From Kofleriaceae bacterium (GTDB lineage: Bacteria; Myxococcota_A; Polyangia; Haliangiales; Haliangiaceae), in contig DASXFD010000009.1 of assembly GCA_036489755.1 (NCBI GenBank), positions 16,304 to 80,303 of the forward strand: a stretch of 64,000 nt of DNA, written 5' to 3'. A program made the translations under genes and the position numbers. The notes beneath the pieces were generated by a model, which was not told the DNA's origin, did no database searches, and was given only the letters and a program-made list of their open reading frames with translations. Of the stretch, positions 38,434 to 47,898 are shown piece by piece. Within the stretch, counting starts at the first letter, position 1; every line of letters begins with the position of its first letter.

Positions 38434-39675
38434 CACTGTTCCGAAGATTACGGTCGCGATCGCCACGGCAGCCGCAGCGACGTAGAACGTCGCCGCACCG
38501 ATGGCGATATAGAGCACGCCGCCGCTGATCGTGCCGATGATGCTCGCGAGGCTTCCCGTGCTGCTGCCGACGCCTTGCACGGATCCTTGCGCCTCCGGCG
38601 GTCCCGCGTGCGACAGCATCGTCAGATAGGACGGCCACATCAACCCGTTGCCGACGCCGTAGAGCACGGCACCGGCGACGAGCGCACCGCGCGAGCTCGC
38701 GCTCATCGCGATGTATGCGGCGACGAGGATCGCGCTGCCGGTCGCCGCGATCGGCGGTGACGCGAGCTTGCGGGCGAGCCGCGGCAGCACGAAGGCTTCG
38801 GTGCCGGCGAGCGCGAGCGCGAGCGTCGTGTACACGAAGCCGAGCATCGGGATCGACAAGCCGACGTCGAGGATCGCGTGCGTCGGTAGCGCCGTCGCGA
38901 AGATGCTGAACGCGAGGTAGATCACGAAGTAGAGCGCGATCAGCGGCCGCAGCTCGCGCGTCGATAGCACCGCGCGCACGCGCCACCGTGGATGACGCAC
39001 GGCTTTCCGGACAGCCGCCGCCGAGCGGCTTGTGTGCGTGCACGCCGCCGGCGCACGCCACTTCGACGGCGGTGCCGGGACGAGGCGGCAGGGCAGGCAG
39101 CTTCAGCTTGATCAGGACCGCCGCGAGCGCCGACAACCCGAGCGCGAGCGCGACGACGACGCGCACGCCTGCATCGCTGCGCGCGATGAAGCCGGCGAAC
39201 ACCGGTCCGATCGCAAACCCCAGGCTCGTCGCCGCACCGAGCCGCGAGTAGAAGAGCTTGCGGCGATCGCCGTCGGCGACGTCGGCGACGTACGCGTTCG
39301 CGACCGAGATGCTGCCGTTGAACAGCCCGTCGGTGATGCGCGCCAACGCGATCAAGATGAGCGGCAATGCGATCGCGAGCTTGTCGATCTCGAACAGGCT
39401 CGCGCGCGGCGCGCTCAGCGCGCACAAGAACAACAGCCACGCCGTCATCGCGCCGAACTGACTGAGCAGCAGCACGTGCTTGCGGCCGGCGCGGTCCGAC
39501 AGCACGCCCAGCATCGTCGAACCGACGAGCTGCGCGCTCCAGAACAGCGCGCCGAGCACGCCGACGACGTCGCGTTACCGCCGAGCTCGAAGACGAGTGG
39601 CGCCAAGAATGGCATCACGACGCTAAAGCCCAGGCTCGATAGGAAAGCGACCGCGTAGAGCGCGCTCACCAACAA
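38386..39675 (-). pseudogene. MFS transporter gene disrupted by two frameshifts
   Basis: Three consecutive ORF-track entries in three frames (39445..39675, 38423..39559, 38386..39000) together spell one MFS protein. The first shift is near 39570: ...FELGGNA / VVGVLGALFWSAQLVGS...SDRAGRK. Confidence 0.75.
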
Positions 39676-39770
39676 CTATGGGCCGCAGACACGTCGGCGC
39701 GAATTACGTTCGCGTACGTGGTTCCGCGCACGCGCTTGCACGGAGTCCGACGTGCGGGGAGACTACGCCC

Positions 39771-40580
39771 GTGAAACGACTCCTGATCGCGTGCGTGTGG
39801 TTGGTCCCGGTGGTGGCGATCGCGGCTCCTGGCGTGGCGCCGGTGCCCGACATCGCGAGCCTGTTCGCGCCCGACGCCGACGGCAGCGCGGCGTTCGCGT
39901 TCGCCGGCAACGGCGTGTTCCAGGGGACCGCGCCCCAAGCATCGGACCTGCCCAAGGGCCAGGTCGTGCGCAACGTGAGCGGCGCGTACAGCAAGAACAA
40001 GCTCGCGTACTGGGCGAGCGCCGACGTCGCGGCGAGCACGACGGCCAAAGACGTCGACGGCCACGCGAGCGCGCTGTGGGAGAAGTCCGGCGCCGGCTGG
40101 AAGCTCGTCGCGTTCAGCATCGTGCCCGCGGCGACGAGCCAGCAGCAGCAGGCCGCGAACAAGAAGGGTCTGGTCCCACCGAAGATCCGCGACGCGAACG
40201 GCGCGTCGGGCGAGTACTTCATGACGGTGTTCAGCAACGTGTTCGGCAACGACGTGGTCGACACCGTGGCCGATCACAAGGAGGACGTGATGTTCGGCAG
40301 CGGCCCCGGCGAGCGTTACGTCGGCGGCGGTGCGATCAAGAAGATGCTCCTCGGCTGGAACCTCGACTTCGCGGTGCGCGACGGCCTCGCATCCGGCCTC
40401 ACGAAGGGCCACCTGCTGTGGATCGCCGCCAACATGAACGCGCGCCCCAAGAACAACGACAAAGCACCGCCGACGCCGTACCGCGTGTTCCTGATCTACG
40501 AGGCCAATGGCAACGACGGCGGCGACTACCAGCTCGTCCATGCGAGCTTCGCCGCGATGACCGAGCACGCGTGGCCCTGA
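39771..40580 (+). CDS. Secreted hypothetical protein
   Basis: GTG at 39771 gives VKRLLIACVWLVPVVAIAAPG (signal peptide). 269 aa. No motif recognised. Confidence 0.55.
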   Translation: MKRLLIACVWLVPVVAIAAPGVAPVPDIASLFAPDADGSAAFAFAGNGVFQGTAPQASDLPKGQVVRNVSGAYSKNKLAYWASADVAASTTAKDVDGHASALWEKSGAGWKLVAFSIVPAATSQQQQAANKKGLVPPKIRDANGASGEYFMTVFSNVFGNDVVDTVADHKEDVMFGSGPGERYVGGGAIKKMLLGWNLDFAVRDGLASGLTKGHLLWIAANMNARPKNNDKAPPTPYRVFLIYEANGNDGGDYQLVHASFAAMTEHAWP

Positions 40581-40597
40581 CCAGCGACGGCCTGGTT

Positions 40598-41518
40598 TCA
40601 AGAAGTCGTCAGGAACGGCTCGACCACGTCGGCGACGTGCTGCTTGACGAGCACGAGCTCCTCCCGTGTCAGCGCGACGTCACCCGCGAGCCGCTCGCAC
40701 AGCTTCGCGATGGCCTCCGCGGCGACGTCGGCGTGCGGCCCCGACAGCTGATCGAGCAGGATGAACAGCCCGCGCGCCGGGCCGTGCCCGACTGCGTCGA
40801 GGATCGCGGCCTGCAGCTCCGGCTCCTTCCGCGCGAGCTCGGCCGGTAAGGTCGCCCAGTCGCCCGACGTGAGCATGAAGACGTCGTCATCGGCCTCGTC
40901 GAAGTCCTCGCTCTCGACGTGCGCCAGAAAGCCGCTCAGGTACTCGGTCTTGTTCGCGCGAGGAGCGCGGCGGTTGCGCATCGCTGCCTGGCGCTTCGAC
41001 TCGAGGTGCGCCTTCAGCCACGCAGCGTCTCGTCCGGAACGTTCTAGCGCTGCTTCCACCGTGCGGAGATCCGCGAGCGTGACACCGCTGAGATCGCGGC
41101 GTGCGAGCTCGGCGGCCGCCGGCTGGGACCAGGTCTCGCCGAACACGATCGTCGAGACCAGCGTGTTCGTGTGCACGAGCTCGATCCCCTGCTCGGGGCT
41201 CAGCCCGAGCCCGCCGAGATCGTCCCAGGTCAGAGACATCCCCGAGAGTTTCGATCGGCAGGTGGTCCGCACGATCTCGTGCTCGCTCGCCAGGCCGCCG
41301 GCATACACGGCTGCCCACGCGGGGTCGGCCGGAACCGCTTCGAGCGCGACGCGTGCGACTCGCGCATCCGCATCGCCGAGCAAACGGGCAAGCGCGGGTT
41401 GCACGGCGTCGCGGTAGCTCCAGTCTCCAGCAAGCTTGCCGAGCTCGTGCGCCGCATCCGCACGCGCGCCGGGATCATCGAGCCGAGCCCACTGCAGGAT
41501 CTTGTCGAGCGAGCTCAT
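40598..41518 (-). CDS. Hypothetical protein with HEAT-like N-terminal repeats
   Basis: 306 aa. DPGARADAAHELGKL...ALARLLGDADARVARVALEAV resembles HEAT/PBS-lyase repeats. Confidence 0.5.
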   Translation of the reverse strand: MSSLDKILQWARLDDPGARADAAHELGKLAGDWSYRDAVQPALARLLGDADARVARVALEAVPADPAWAAVYAGGLASEHEIVRTTCRSKLSGMSLTWDDLGGLGLSPEQGIELVHTNTLVSTIVFGETWSQPAAAELARRDLSGVTLADLRTVEAALERSGRDAAWLKAHLESKRQAAMRNRRAPRANKTEYLSGFLAHVESEDFDEADDDVFMLTSGDWATLPAELARKEPELQAAILDAVGHGPARGLFILLDQLSGPHADVAAEAIAKLCERLAGDVALTREELVLVKQHVADVVEPFLTTS

Positions 41519-41572
41519 GGAACGAACCGAAGCGATATCACGAGCGCGCGCTTCGGATTTGATCGCGGGCGA

Positions 41573-41950
41573 TCAGCCGATCTGTGCGGTCATGCGAATC
41601 GAGACAAGGATGCCGGGGATCTCCGCACCGAGCTTCGTCGTGTAGCGAGTCGGAGGGGCGTCCCCGAACCAGGTGCCATACTCCTCGTTCATCCCGGCGA
41701 AGTCGGAGGGATGGAGGAGCAACACGCCAACCTCGAGGACGTCGTCGAGGGTCGCGCCCGCCGCGGTGAGTACCGCCCGACAATTCGCGAGCGCCTGCCG
41801 CGTCTGCTCCTGAATGGTGGGGCCAGCCGGCTTGCCCGTAGCGACATCGACGCCAACCATGCCGGTAACGTAGACCAGGTTTCCCGCCTTCACGCCCTGG
41901 CTGTAGAGCGGCGAGCTCGGCGCGTCCGGTATGCGAATGACTTGCTTCAT
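41573..41950 (-). CDS. ridA: RidA/YjgF family reactive-intermediate deaminase
   Basis: 125 aa. PLYSQGVKAGNLVYVTGMVG...QTRQALANCRAVL...R is the typical RidA layout. Confidence 0.85.
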   Translation of the reverse strand: MKQVIRIPDAPSSPLYSQGVKAGNLVYVTGMVGVDVATGKPAGPTIQEQTRQALANCRAVLTAAGATLDDVLEVGVLLLHPSDFAGMNEEYGTWFGDAPPTRYTTKLGAEIPGILVSIRMTAQIG

Positions 41951-42012
41951 GCAGTCGACGATACGACGCGACGGGTTCCGCTGCCGTCGATCGCCACCGA
42001 TGCGACCGCTTG

Positions 42013-42354
42013 CTACGGGTTTGCTACGCCGTCAGAACCGAGCAAGACCGTTGCGCAATTTAGAGCGGGAGAAGGGATTCGAAAGATGAGGAACACGCAG
42101 AGCCGAGCACATGCCAGCAGTCGAACCAGCAACATAGAGGGGACGAAATGCTCGCGAATGGTCGTGAGTGCTCGGTACTGGACCAACCCGTGGTCCAAGT
42201 AGGTCCAATCGACGACCTGCTCGACGGCGCACTCGCCGCCTGGCGAACCAACCGGGATTCGCGAGCTCTCCGCCGCGCGCTTCTTCGCGTGCTCGGTGAG
42301 CTGGAAGAGCACGCCTGATGCCACTGTGAGTGCCCATTGTGGCGCCACGATCAC
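42013..42354 (-). CDS. Candidate small membrane protein translationally coupled to the S8 peptidase gene
   Basis: GTG at 42354 overlaps the peptidase TGA (GTGA). 113 aa with a balanced composition and one C-terminal hydrophobic helix (MLLVRLLACARLCVFLIF). No homology recognised. Confidence 0.3.
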   Translation of the reverse strand: MIVAPQWALTVASGVLFQLTEHAKKRAAESSRIPVGSPGGECAVEQVVDWTYLDHGLVQYRALTTIREHFVPSMLLVRLLACARLCVFLIFRIPSPALNCATVLLGSDGVANP

Positions 42355-44720
42355 GCGACAGTCGTCATTCGCACCGGTAGCCGCACGAGTGGCGTCAGTA
42401 CCCGATACTGCGATGCGACCATGTCGTAGACGGCGTGGTTGGATAAGCACCGGATCGTGAGCATCATCGCGAAGCGCAGCGGCTGAATCGCCTTGCCCTT
42501 GACCAATCGGCCGTTCTCGCGCCGGAGATGAAGTAGATCTAAGCGTGGCTCGAATAACTCGCCAGCCTTCAACAAAACCCGCCCAGGCATCACCGTTTCC
42601 CACTTCCCGTCGCGACGGAGCAATTGTTCACCCTTCGTCAATGACCAGTTGGAATGAGCGCTCGGCTCCTCGGACAGACGCGAGCCAGCGGCGAGTGCAG
42701 CCGCGATCTGTGTACGGTCTGCAACAGTATCCACGGGCGTGGTTTTCTTCGTGTTCGGATCCGTGAGCGTGTGTTTGCGGGAGTCCGGACGGAAGATCGT
42801 TTCGATGCCCGTGAGCGTGTAATCGGTCGCGTCCCGCGGATCGACGTCGGCGACGTAGCTCAGCGTCCAGAACAGCTCGAACTTCACATCAACTGGCAAG
42901 CCACGCGGGAACGGAAACCGCAGGGCCGTGCTCTCACCTCTTGGCAACTCATCCTCGTAGAGGACCGTCACCTCGTTCGAGGCGCACTCGAATGCCGGCG
43001 CGAACGAGGCCGGCATGCGCCCGTAGCCGAGGTTGCAATACTGCTTGCCGTGCCCGCGGCCGCGCTCTGCGTGATGCACCGTGAATACACGGAAGATGTC
43101 GGGGCGATGACGCGCCGCTTCGATCAGACTCTGCAAGCCACCGACCGCGCGGCCGACGGTCGGCGACGCGAAGCTCGTGCCGGCCGCGGTCGTTAGTCGT
43201 CCGCGATCGTCGAAGCCTACGAAGAGTTCGTCGTCGCTACCACCGAACTCAACAACCAGTGGCTGCACGCGCTGGCCTTCCCGGCCAGGGCCGCGAGCCG
43301 AGTAACTTGCTCGGTGCCACCGCTTCTTGGGATCCCGCGGATTCCTCGTGATCGCGCCGACGCCGATGCCGTTCACCATGTCACCAGGCGGCTGAACCCG
43401 ATCGTATCCAAGCTCTGTGTCGAGTTCGCCGTTATTGCCGACGGCGACGATGAACGTGATGTCCTGCTCGAACGCGAGCGCATCAAGTTCCGCCGTGAAG
43501 CGGTCCGGCTCGGAATGCTCGTCGATCGAGTCGTTAGGCCCGATGGACAGGACGACGATCGGGTAGTGGTGTTGCTGCAGCGTTGCCTTGATCTTATCGA
43601 GCACGTCGTAGAGCCGGTGATCAGGCGCCCCCTTTTGCAGCGGCGGCATAGGAAACACACGGTAGTGGTCGATGTTCACGGTCGGATCCGGCAAGGTGCT
43701 CGCCGGATCGACGGAGCCATACAACAATGCGCTCGTGACCATGCTGCCGTGCTTGAGCGCGATGCCACCCGCAGGCTGTGTCGTCAGGGGATACGTCTTC
43801 ACAAACGGCGCGAAGACGGGCAGTTTGTCGTTAACTCCTCCGTCGAACACCGCGATCGTGTGCAGCGGGCGCTCACCGGCTCGGCATGCGCGCGAGAGTT
43901 TCGGGTGGCTATGCACTACTCGAAGAGAGTCCTCCGGGAACGGAGCAAACTCCGGCATCGGACGGAGTGCGCGCAGCAGGTTGAACTCGGCGATTCGATT
44001 CATCGCGCCCGCCGGCGCGAGCACCGGAACGAACGTTAGACCGCCGACGTCACGTCGGTATTCTGCGTCGACGACTCCACCGCGCGAACGAACCATCAAG
44101 GCGAAGCGTGCGAAGTTCTCATCGGCCCATACGGCCTCGTGTTCCGGATCATCGAATATGTGCGAGAGGACCGCTTCGAACGTGATCGGTGCACGTTGGG
44201 GCTCGACGGGCCGACCAACGATCACTGACTCGATCGGCGGAAGGCCGACCGCGCTGAATCGACGCAGTTCCTCCCATTGCTTCTCGTTATGCCAGTTCGG
44301 TGCATCGCTGACTTGCTTGGCCAGGCGCTTCACCGCGGCCGGCGCGCCGGCTAGGAGTAACGTACGCGTCGTCTGATCCTCCAGCACGCGCTTCGCGGTT
44401 CGTTTCGTCGCATAAGCAGCACGCGCACCGACTACGTACACGCCGGCAGCCTTCAGCACTTCCGCCGGGAAATGACTTGGCGCCAAGTAGTTCGGATACA
44501 GCGTCGCTTCGATGACGACGTGCCTCCCTACGACCTCGGGCGAGAGCGTTTCGAGCGACCTCATCATGGTGTTGACCTGCGGCGCGAGTAGCGCGTGCGC
44601 CTCTGCGGTCGTGACGGGATGGAACTTGTTGTCGCGCGACGACCGCGGTCGAGTCGCCTTAGCCTTCAAGCGCTCGCCGTTCGCAAGTAGGGGCCGACGG
44701 ATCACGGTGTCTTTACTCAT
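42351..44720 (-). CDS. S8 (subtilisin-like) serine peptidase, IetS-like
   Basis: 789 aa. Catalytic triad motifs IAVFDGGV (Asp), KHGSMVTSA (His) and AAGTSFASPTV (Ser); oxyanion VAVGNNGE. The N-terminal 270 aa and C-terminal 200 aa are of unknown function. Confidence 0.85.
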   Translation of the reverse strand: MSKDTVIRRPLLANGERLKAKATRPRSSRDNKFHPVTTAEAHALLAPQVNTMMRSLETLSPEVVGRHVVIEATLYPNYLAPSHFPAEVLKAAGVYVVGARAAYATKRTAKRVLEDQTTRTLLLAGAPAAVKRLAKQVSDAPNWHNEKQWEELRRFSAVGLPPIESVIVGRPVEPQRAPITFEAVLSHIFDDPEHEAVWADENFARFALMVRSRGGVVDAEYRRDVGGLTFVPVLAPAGAMNRIAEFNLLRALRPMPEFAPFPEDSLRVVHSHPKLSRACRAGERPLHTIAVFDGGVNDKLPVFAPFVKTYPLTTQPAGGIALKHGSMVTSALLYGSVDPASTLPDPTVNIDHYRVFPMPPLQKGAPDHRLYDVLDKIKATLQQHHYPIVVLSIGPNDSIDEHSEPDRFTAELDALAFEQDITFIVAVGNNGELDTELGYDRVQPPGDMVNGIGVGAITRNPRDPKKRWHRASYSARGPGREGQRVQPLVVEFGGSDDELFVGFDDRGRLTTAAGTSFASPTVGRAVGGLQSLIEAARHRPDIFRVFTVHHAERGRGHGKQYCNLGYGRMPASFAPAFECASNEVTVLYEDELPRGESTALRFPFPRGLPVDVKFELFWTLSYVADVDPRDATDYTLTGIETIFRPDSRKHTLTDPNTKKTTPVDTVADRTQIAAALAAGSRLSEEPSAHSNWSLTKGEQLLRRDGKWETVMPGRVLLKAGELFEPRLDLLHLRRENGRLVKGKAIQPLRFAMMLTIRCLSNHAVYDMVASQYRVLTPLVRLPVRMTTVA

Positions 44721-45836
44721 TCACGACCTCCTTACGTTCGACGTCGCCTTGTCCTGCTTCAGCAGCTTGCCGACCATAACGTGCGAGATGCCGAGTTCTG
44801 CGCCGATCTCTCGCTGCGACAAGTCGAGATGTTTCGTAGCGATGCGGCAGTAGCGAACACGGGCCGCCGGGTCTTGGTCAACTTGTTCTCTGAGTCGCGC
44901 CAGGAGTTCTTGGCTAGCGACCTTGTCGATATCGATGTCGTCCAGAACGACGCGACGTACACACGCTCGAGCGAATGCGGCGAGATCAGATCCTGAGATC
45001 CCGTCCGTTGCCTCGACGATCGCTTCAAGTGTGCCCTTGGAGGGAATCTTTGCGAGACGCGAGAACTCACGCGTGAGGAGCGCGCGACGGACATCTGTAG
45101 TTGGCAGTCCAATCGCAATCACTTTCTCGAAGCGACGCCAGATGGCTCGATCGAGCAGTTCCGGGTGGTTGGTGGCGGCAACGACGAGCCCGTGCGAAGG
45201 CCACGCCTCCAGCTCGATCAGCAACACGTTGACGATGCGCTTCAGTTCGCCGACATCGGAAGGATCGTCGCGCCGCTTGGCGATCGCGTCGAACTCGTCC
45301 AGGAACAGCACCGTCGGCGACTCGCGGGCATGTGCAAACACATCAACGAGGTTCTGCCCCGTTTTCCCCAGGAAACTCGACATCAGCGCGGCGACATCGA
45401 CCCGATAAAGCGGGAGAGCGAGTCGCCTCGCAACTGATCGCGCACAGATCGTTTTGCCGACTCCCGGAGCACCGGTCAGCAGCAAGGTACGCGTCGGCGA
45501 GAGTCCGACGGCGGTAAGCGCGTCAACTTGATTATGCTCATTCAGGATCGCATCGAGCTCGCGCGCGACCGCTGAGGACAGCAGCGGCTCATCTCCCGCA
45601 GCGACTTCCTCGATGCTTAGGAAAGGGAACGAGTCGGGTTGATTGGGCTCAGCGAAACGCATCGTCGACGATGCGTTGTCCGCCACGAGCTCTGCGAGCG
45701 ACTGTTTGGTGGACTGTGCGATGTTCTTATCCGTGGCGGCGTTCTTGAGAAAGCGGCGGAGGTAGCGACCAAGTGACGCCTTGTCTCCCTTGAGACCGAG
45801 ACGAGCGACTTGGACCAGTGCCTCATCAGTATTCAC
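44721..45836 (-). CDS. AAA+ ATPase with C-terminal HTH, IetA-like
   Basis: GTG start. Walker A GAPGVGKT, Walker B LFLDEFD, sensor-1 VVAATN, Arg finger RAIWRRF. C-terminal LSQREIGAELGISHVMVGKLL is an HTH. Its stop abuts the peptidase ATG (TGAATG). Confidence 0.85.
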   Translation of the reverse strand: MNTDEALVQVARLGLKGDKASLGRYLRRFLKNAATDKNIAQSTKQSLAELVADNASSTMRFAEPNQPDSFPFLSIEEVAAGDEPLLSSAVARELDAILNEHNQVDALTAVGLSPTRTLLLTGAPGVGKTICARSVARRLALPLYRVDVAALMSSFLGKTGQNLVDVFAHARESPTVLFLDEFDAIAKRRDDPSDVGELKRIVNVLLIELEAWPSHGLVVAATNHPELLDRAIWRRFEKVIAIGLPTTDVRRALLTREFSRLAKIPSKGTLEAIVEATDGISGSDLAAFARACVRRVVLDDIDIDKVASQELLARLREQVDQDPAARVRYCRIATKHLDLSQREIGAELGISHVMVGKLLKQDKATSNVRRS

Positions 45837-45858
45837 GAAGACACCATGCCCGATGCGT

Positions 45859-45884
45859 GGTAACCGGTCAATCCAAACGTTACC
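45859..45884. promoter_or_regulatory. Operator-like inverted repeat in the AT-rich leader of the AAA+/S8 operon
   Basis: GGTAAC-N14-GTTACC within the most AT-rich stretch of the window (a 45% GC line at 45841), 23-48 nt upstream of the ATPase start codon. Confidence 0.3.
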
Positions 45885-46172
45885 GAAATATGACTAATTT
45901 TAAGAAATACAATATATTGCGCTGGAAACCGTGGAGATCCCGCTCGGTCGAGCGCGCTCAGCAAGCCCTTGCGGCCGTCCATCGAGGAGCTGAAGTCGAG
46001 CGCGTGTTGATCTGCCGACATGCGACGGCTTCTTCGCGAAAACGAGCTCGCTCCCTACGTGCCGAAGTGCGCGAGGCGCCGCCTGCCGCGACCGACTGGC
46101 GCGTGTACGCCGATTGGTCCTAACGAAGGGTTCGCCGCGAGCTTGCCTCGCCAGCGACCTCGACGCGGATAT

Positions 46173-47873
46173 CTAGCTGTTCCGGGCGCGATGGCGCGCA
46201 CGACGCGTTCGCCCGATTACCCGGCCAAGCTGTTCCGCGGTTCGAGCGTAGCGGTTGGCGCGGGTCGTCCAATTCGCCTGCTCGCTGCCTCGTGCGAGAG
46301 CCGCCATGTCGTCGCAGCATTTCACGGCCTGCTCACACGCAAGTGCGTAGTTTGGACGTTCCGCGAGAATGGACTCAAAGATCGCGAGCGCCTCCTTGCT
46401 GCGCCCGACGCCCCGGAGCGCGACGCCGCGTGCATACGCGAACACAGCGTCATCGTCTTGGAGTGAGTTGAGTCGTTGCAACGCGTCCTCGCGGCCCGAC
46501 AAGGCGTGCGCGATGGCGACAAATGGCTTCGCCGCCGTCGCGAACGGCTCGGCAGTTCCGATCGCATTGAGGTAGTCCAGGGCGGCGTCGAGGCGGCCTG
46601 CGGCGAGATGAATGATCGCTGCTTCGAAGTTCAGGCCAGGCTCGCAAGCCACGTCCGCGAAGCGAGCGACCATCGGCAAAACGTGTTCGAAATCCCCTCG
46701 AACGAACGCTTGTTGTACGAGCACGCGCGCCATCCAAAGCACGGCTGATGGTTCGTCACATGCAGCCGCAAGCTCGCCCGGATCAGCCCCAACGCGGAAC
46801 GCGCGTGCAATGCGACGCTGCGTTCCGATCGAAACTTTGCCGATGGGTACGGGCGTGCGCGCGACGACTTCAACTTGAGCGAGCAGCCAATCTGCGCGAG
46901 AGGCTCGAAGGTCGGTCGCCCACGCAACTCGTCGCGTAAGCTCCGCTGGCGACGGCAAATGCTCTTCTCGCGTTGCGCTCGAGGTCGCTGCGAGAATCTC
47001 GTCGAGACGCGTCTCACATCGGGCAAGTATGTCCATCAGTCCATCGATGCTGGGCGCGCGGGCGCCGGCGATGATCAAGCGAGCGATCGCGCCTCGAACC
47101 TGATCGTCGTCCGGGTGTTGTCGGTAAACCTCGAGCAAAAGCGTGCGCGTGTTCGTTCGGATGCGCCGGAACGCGCTAGCGATCTCCTCGACGACATCGC
47201 GTCCGACGACGGCGGCGAGCCGGTTGCACAGCCCGTCGAGCGCAAACGCCCATACAAGATGCGTGTGCCACGCGTTATGCCCGTCGCGGTTGCGGAGCGC
47301 GGCCGCGAGCTGGCGCAGCTTCGTATTCGATGGGCGGCTTCGACCGTCGAAGAGTTCCTCGAAGCGCTTGCCTAGCGTGGCGCGCTTCGTACCAAGAGCT
47401 TTCGGCAATGCTCGAAGCAGATTACGCACGCCGTGCTCGCGTGCCCACACAGGTACGTTCGCGCGGCCATCTTCGAGCAGTGGAGGCGGCGGAAGAACTC
47501 CTTCGACCATGTCGACCGCGGCGGCACGAAGCGCGACGTCGATCGCAACGAGCCGCAGAAAGCGCGTTGCGGTTGCCGCGACCGCTTCGCCGGACCGCGC
47601 GTCCGCGTGACCGATCACGTGGTCCCAGTTCGCGATCGCGAGCGATAGGCCGTCGACGATGAGAGGGCTGACGCCTTCGGAGAGGTAGCCGTCAGCAACG
47701 CAAGCCCGGACGATTGCGGCTAACGTGCCGTCGCTGAGTGGACGTTGCCCCCGAAGATACTTTCGCCCACTCTCGCGACGGCCTTTCTCTAACGACAGGT
47801 TGAGCGCCCTCGCCATCATGCCGAGGAGAGCCGCGGAGCTAGGCAACGGGAACTGACGAGGATTGGACGCCAC
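46173..47873 (-). CDS. Protein with two XRE-like HTH-like segments and a C-terminal TPR-like domain, function unknown
   Basis: 566 aa, GTG start. KYLRGQRPLSDGTLAAIVRA and LGKRFEELFDGRSRPSNTKLRQLAAAL fit the G-x-R-x-P-S...L..(I/L)A.AL signature of XRE HTHs. The C-terminal 200 aa are TPR-like (AIIHLAAGRLDAALDYL; YARGVALRGVGRSKEALAIFESIL). Confidence 0.65.
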   Translation of the reverse strand: MASNPRQFPLPSSAALLGMMARALNLSLEKGRRESGRKYLRGQRPLSDGTLAAIVRACVADGYLSEGVSPLIVDGLSLAIANWDHVIGHADARSGEAVAATATRFLRLVAIDVALRAAAVDMVEGVLPPPPLLEDGRANVPVWAREHGVRNLLRALPKALGTKRATLGKRFEELFDGRSRPSNTKLRQLAAALRNRDGHNAWHTHLVWAFALDGLCNRLAAVVGRDVVEEIASAFRRIRTNTRTLLLEVYRQHPDDDQVRGAIARLIIAGARAPSIDGLMDILARCETRLDEILAATSSATREEHLPSPAELTRRVAWATDLRASRADWLLAQVEVVARTPVPIGKVSIGTQRRIARAFRVGADPGELAAACDEPSAVLWMARVLVQQAFVRGDFEHVLPMVARFADVACEPGLNFEAAIIHLAAGRLDAALDYLNAIGTAEPFATAAKPFVAIAHALSGREDALQRLNSLQDDDAVFAYARGVALRGVGRSKEALAIFESILAERPNYALACEQAVKCCDDMAALARGSEQANWTTRANRYARTAEQLGRVIGRTRRARHRARNS

Positions 47874-47898
47874 GTTGCCTGCTCACTGTACGACGGCG

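Noticed and set aside
42013-42603. Full 196-aa ORF-track entry overlapping the 3' end of the S8 gene
   Set aside because: The upstream 83 codons overlap the peptidase coding frame. Only the part after the GTGA junction (42354) is considered, and that with low confidence.
45833-46021. 62-aa ORF ending in a GTGA overlap with the AAA+ ATPase start
   Set aside because: Its 3' half is encoded by the AT-rich promoter/operator-like tract. There is no convincing SD and no recognisable fold. It is kept only as a note inside the promoter-region finding.
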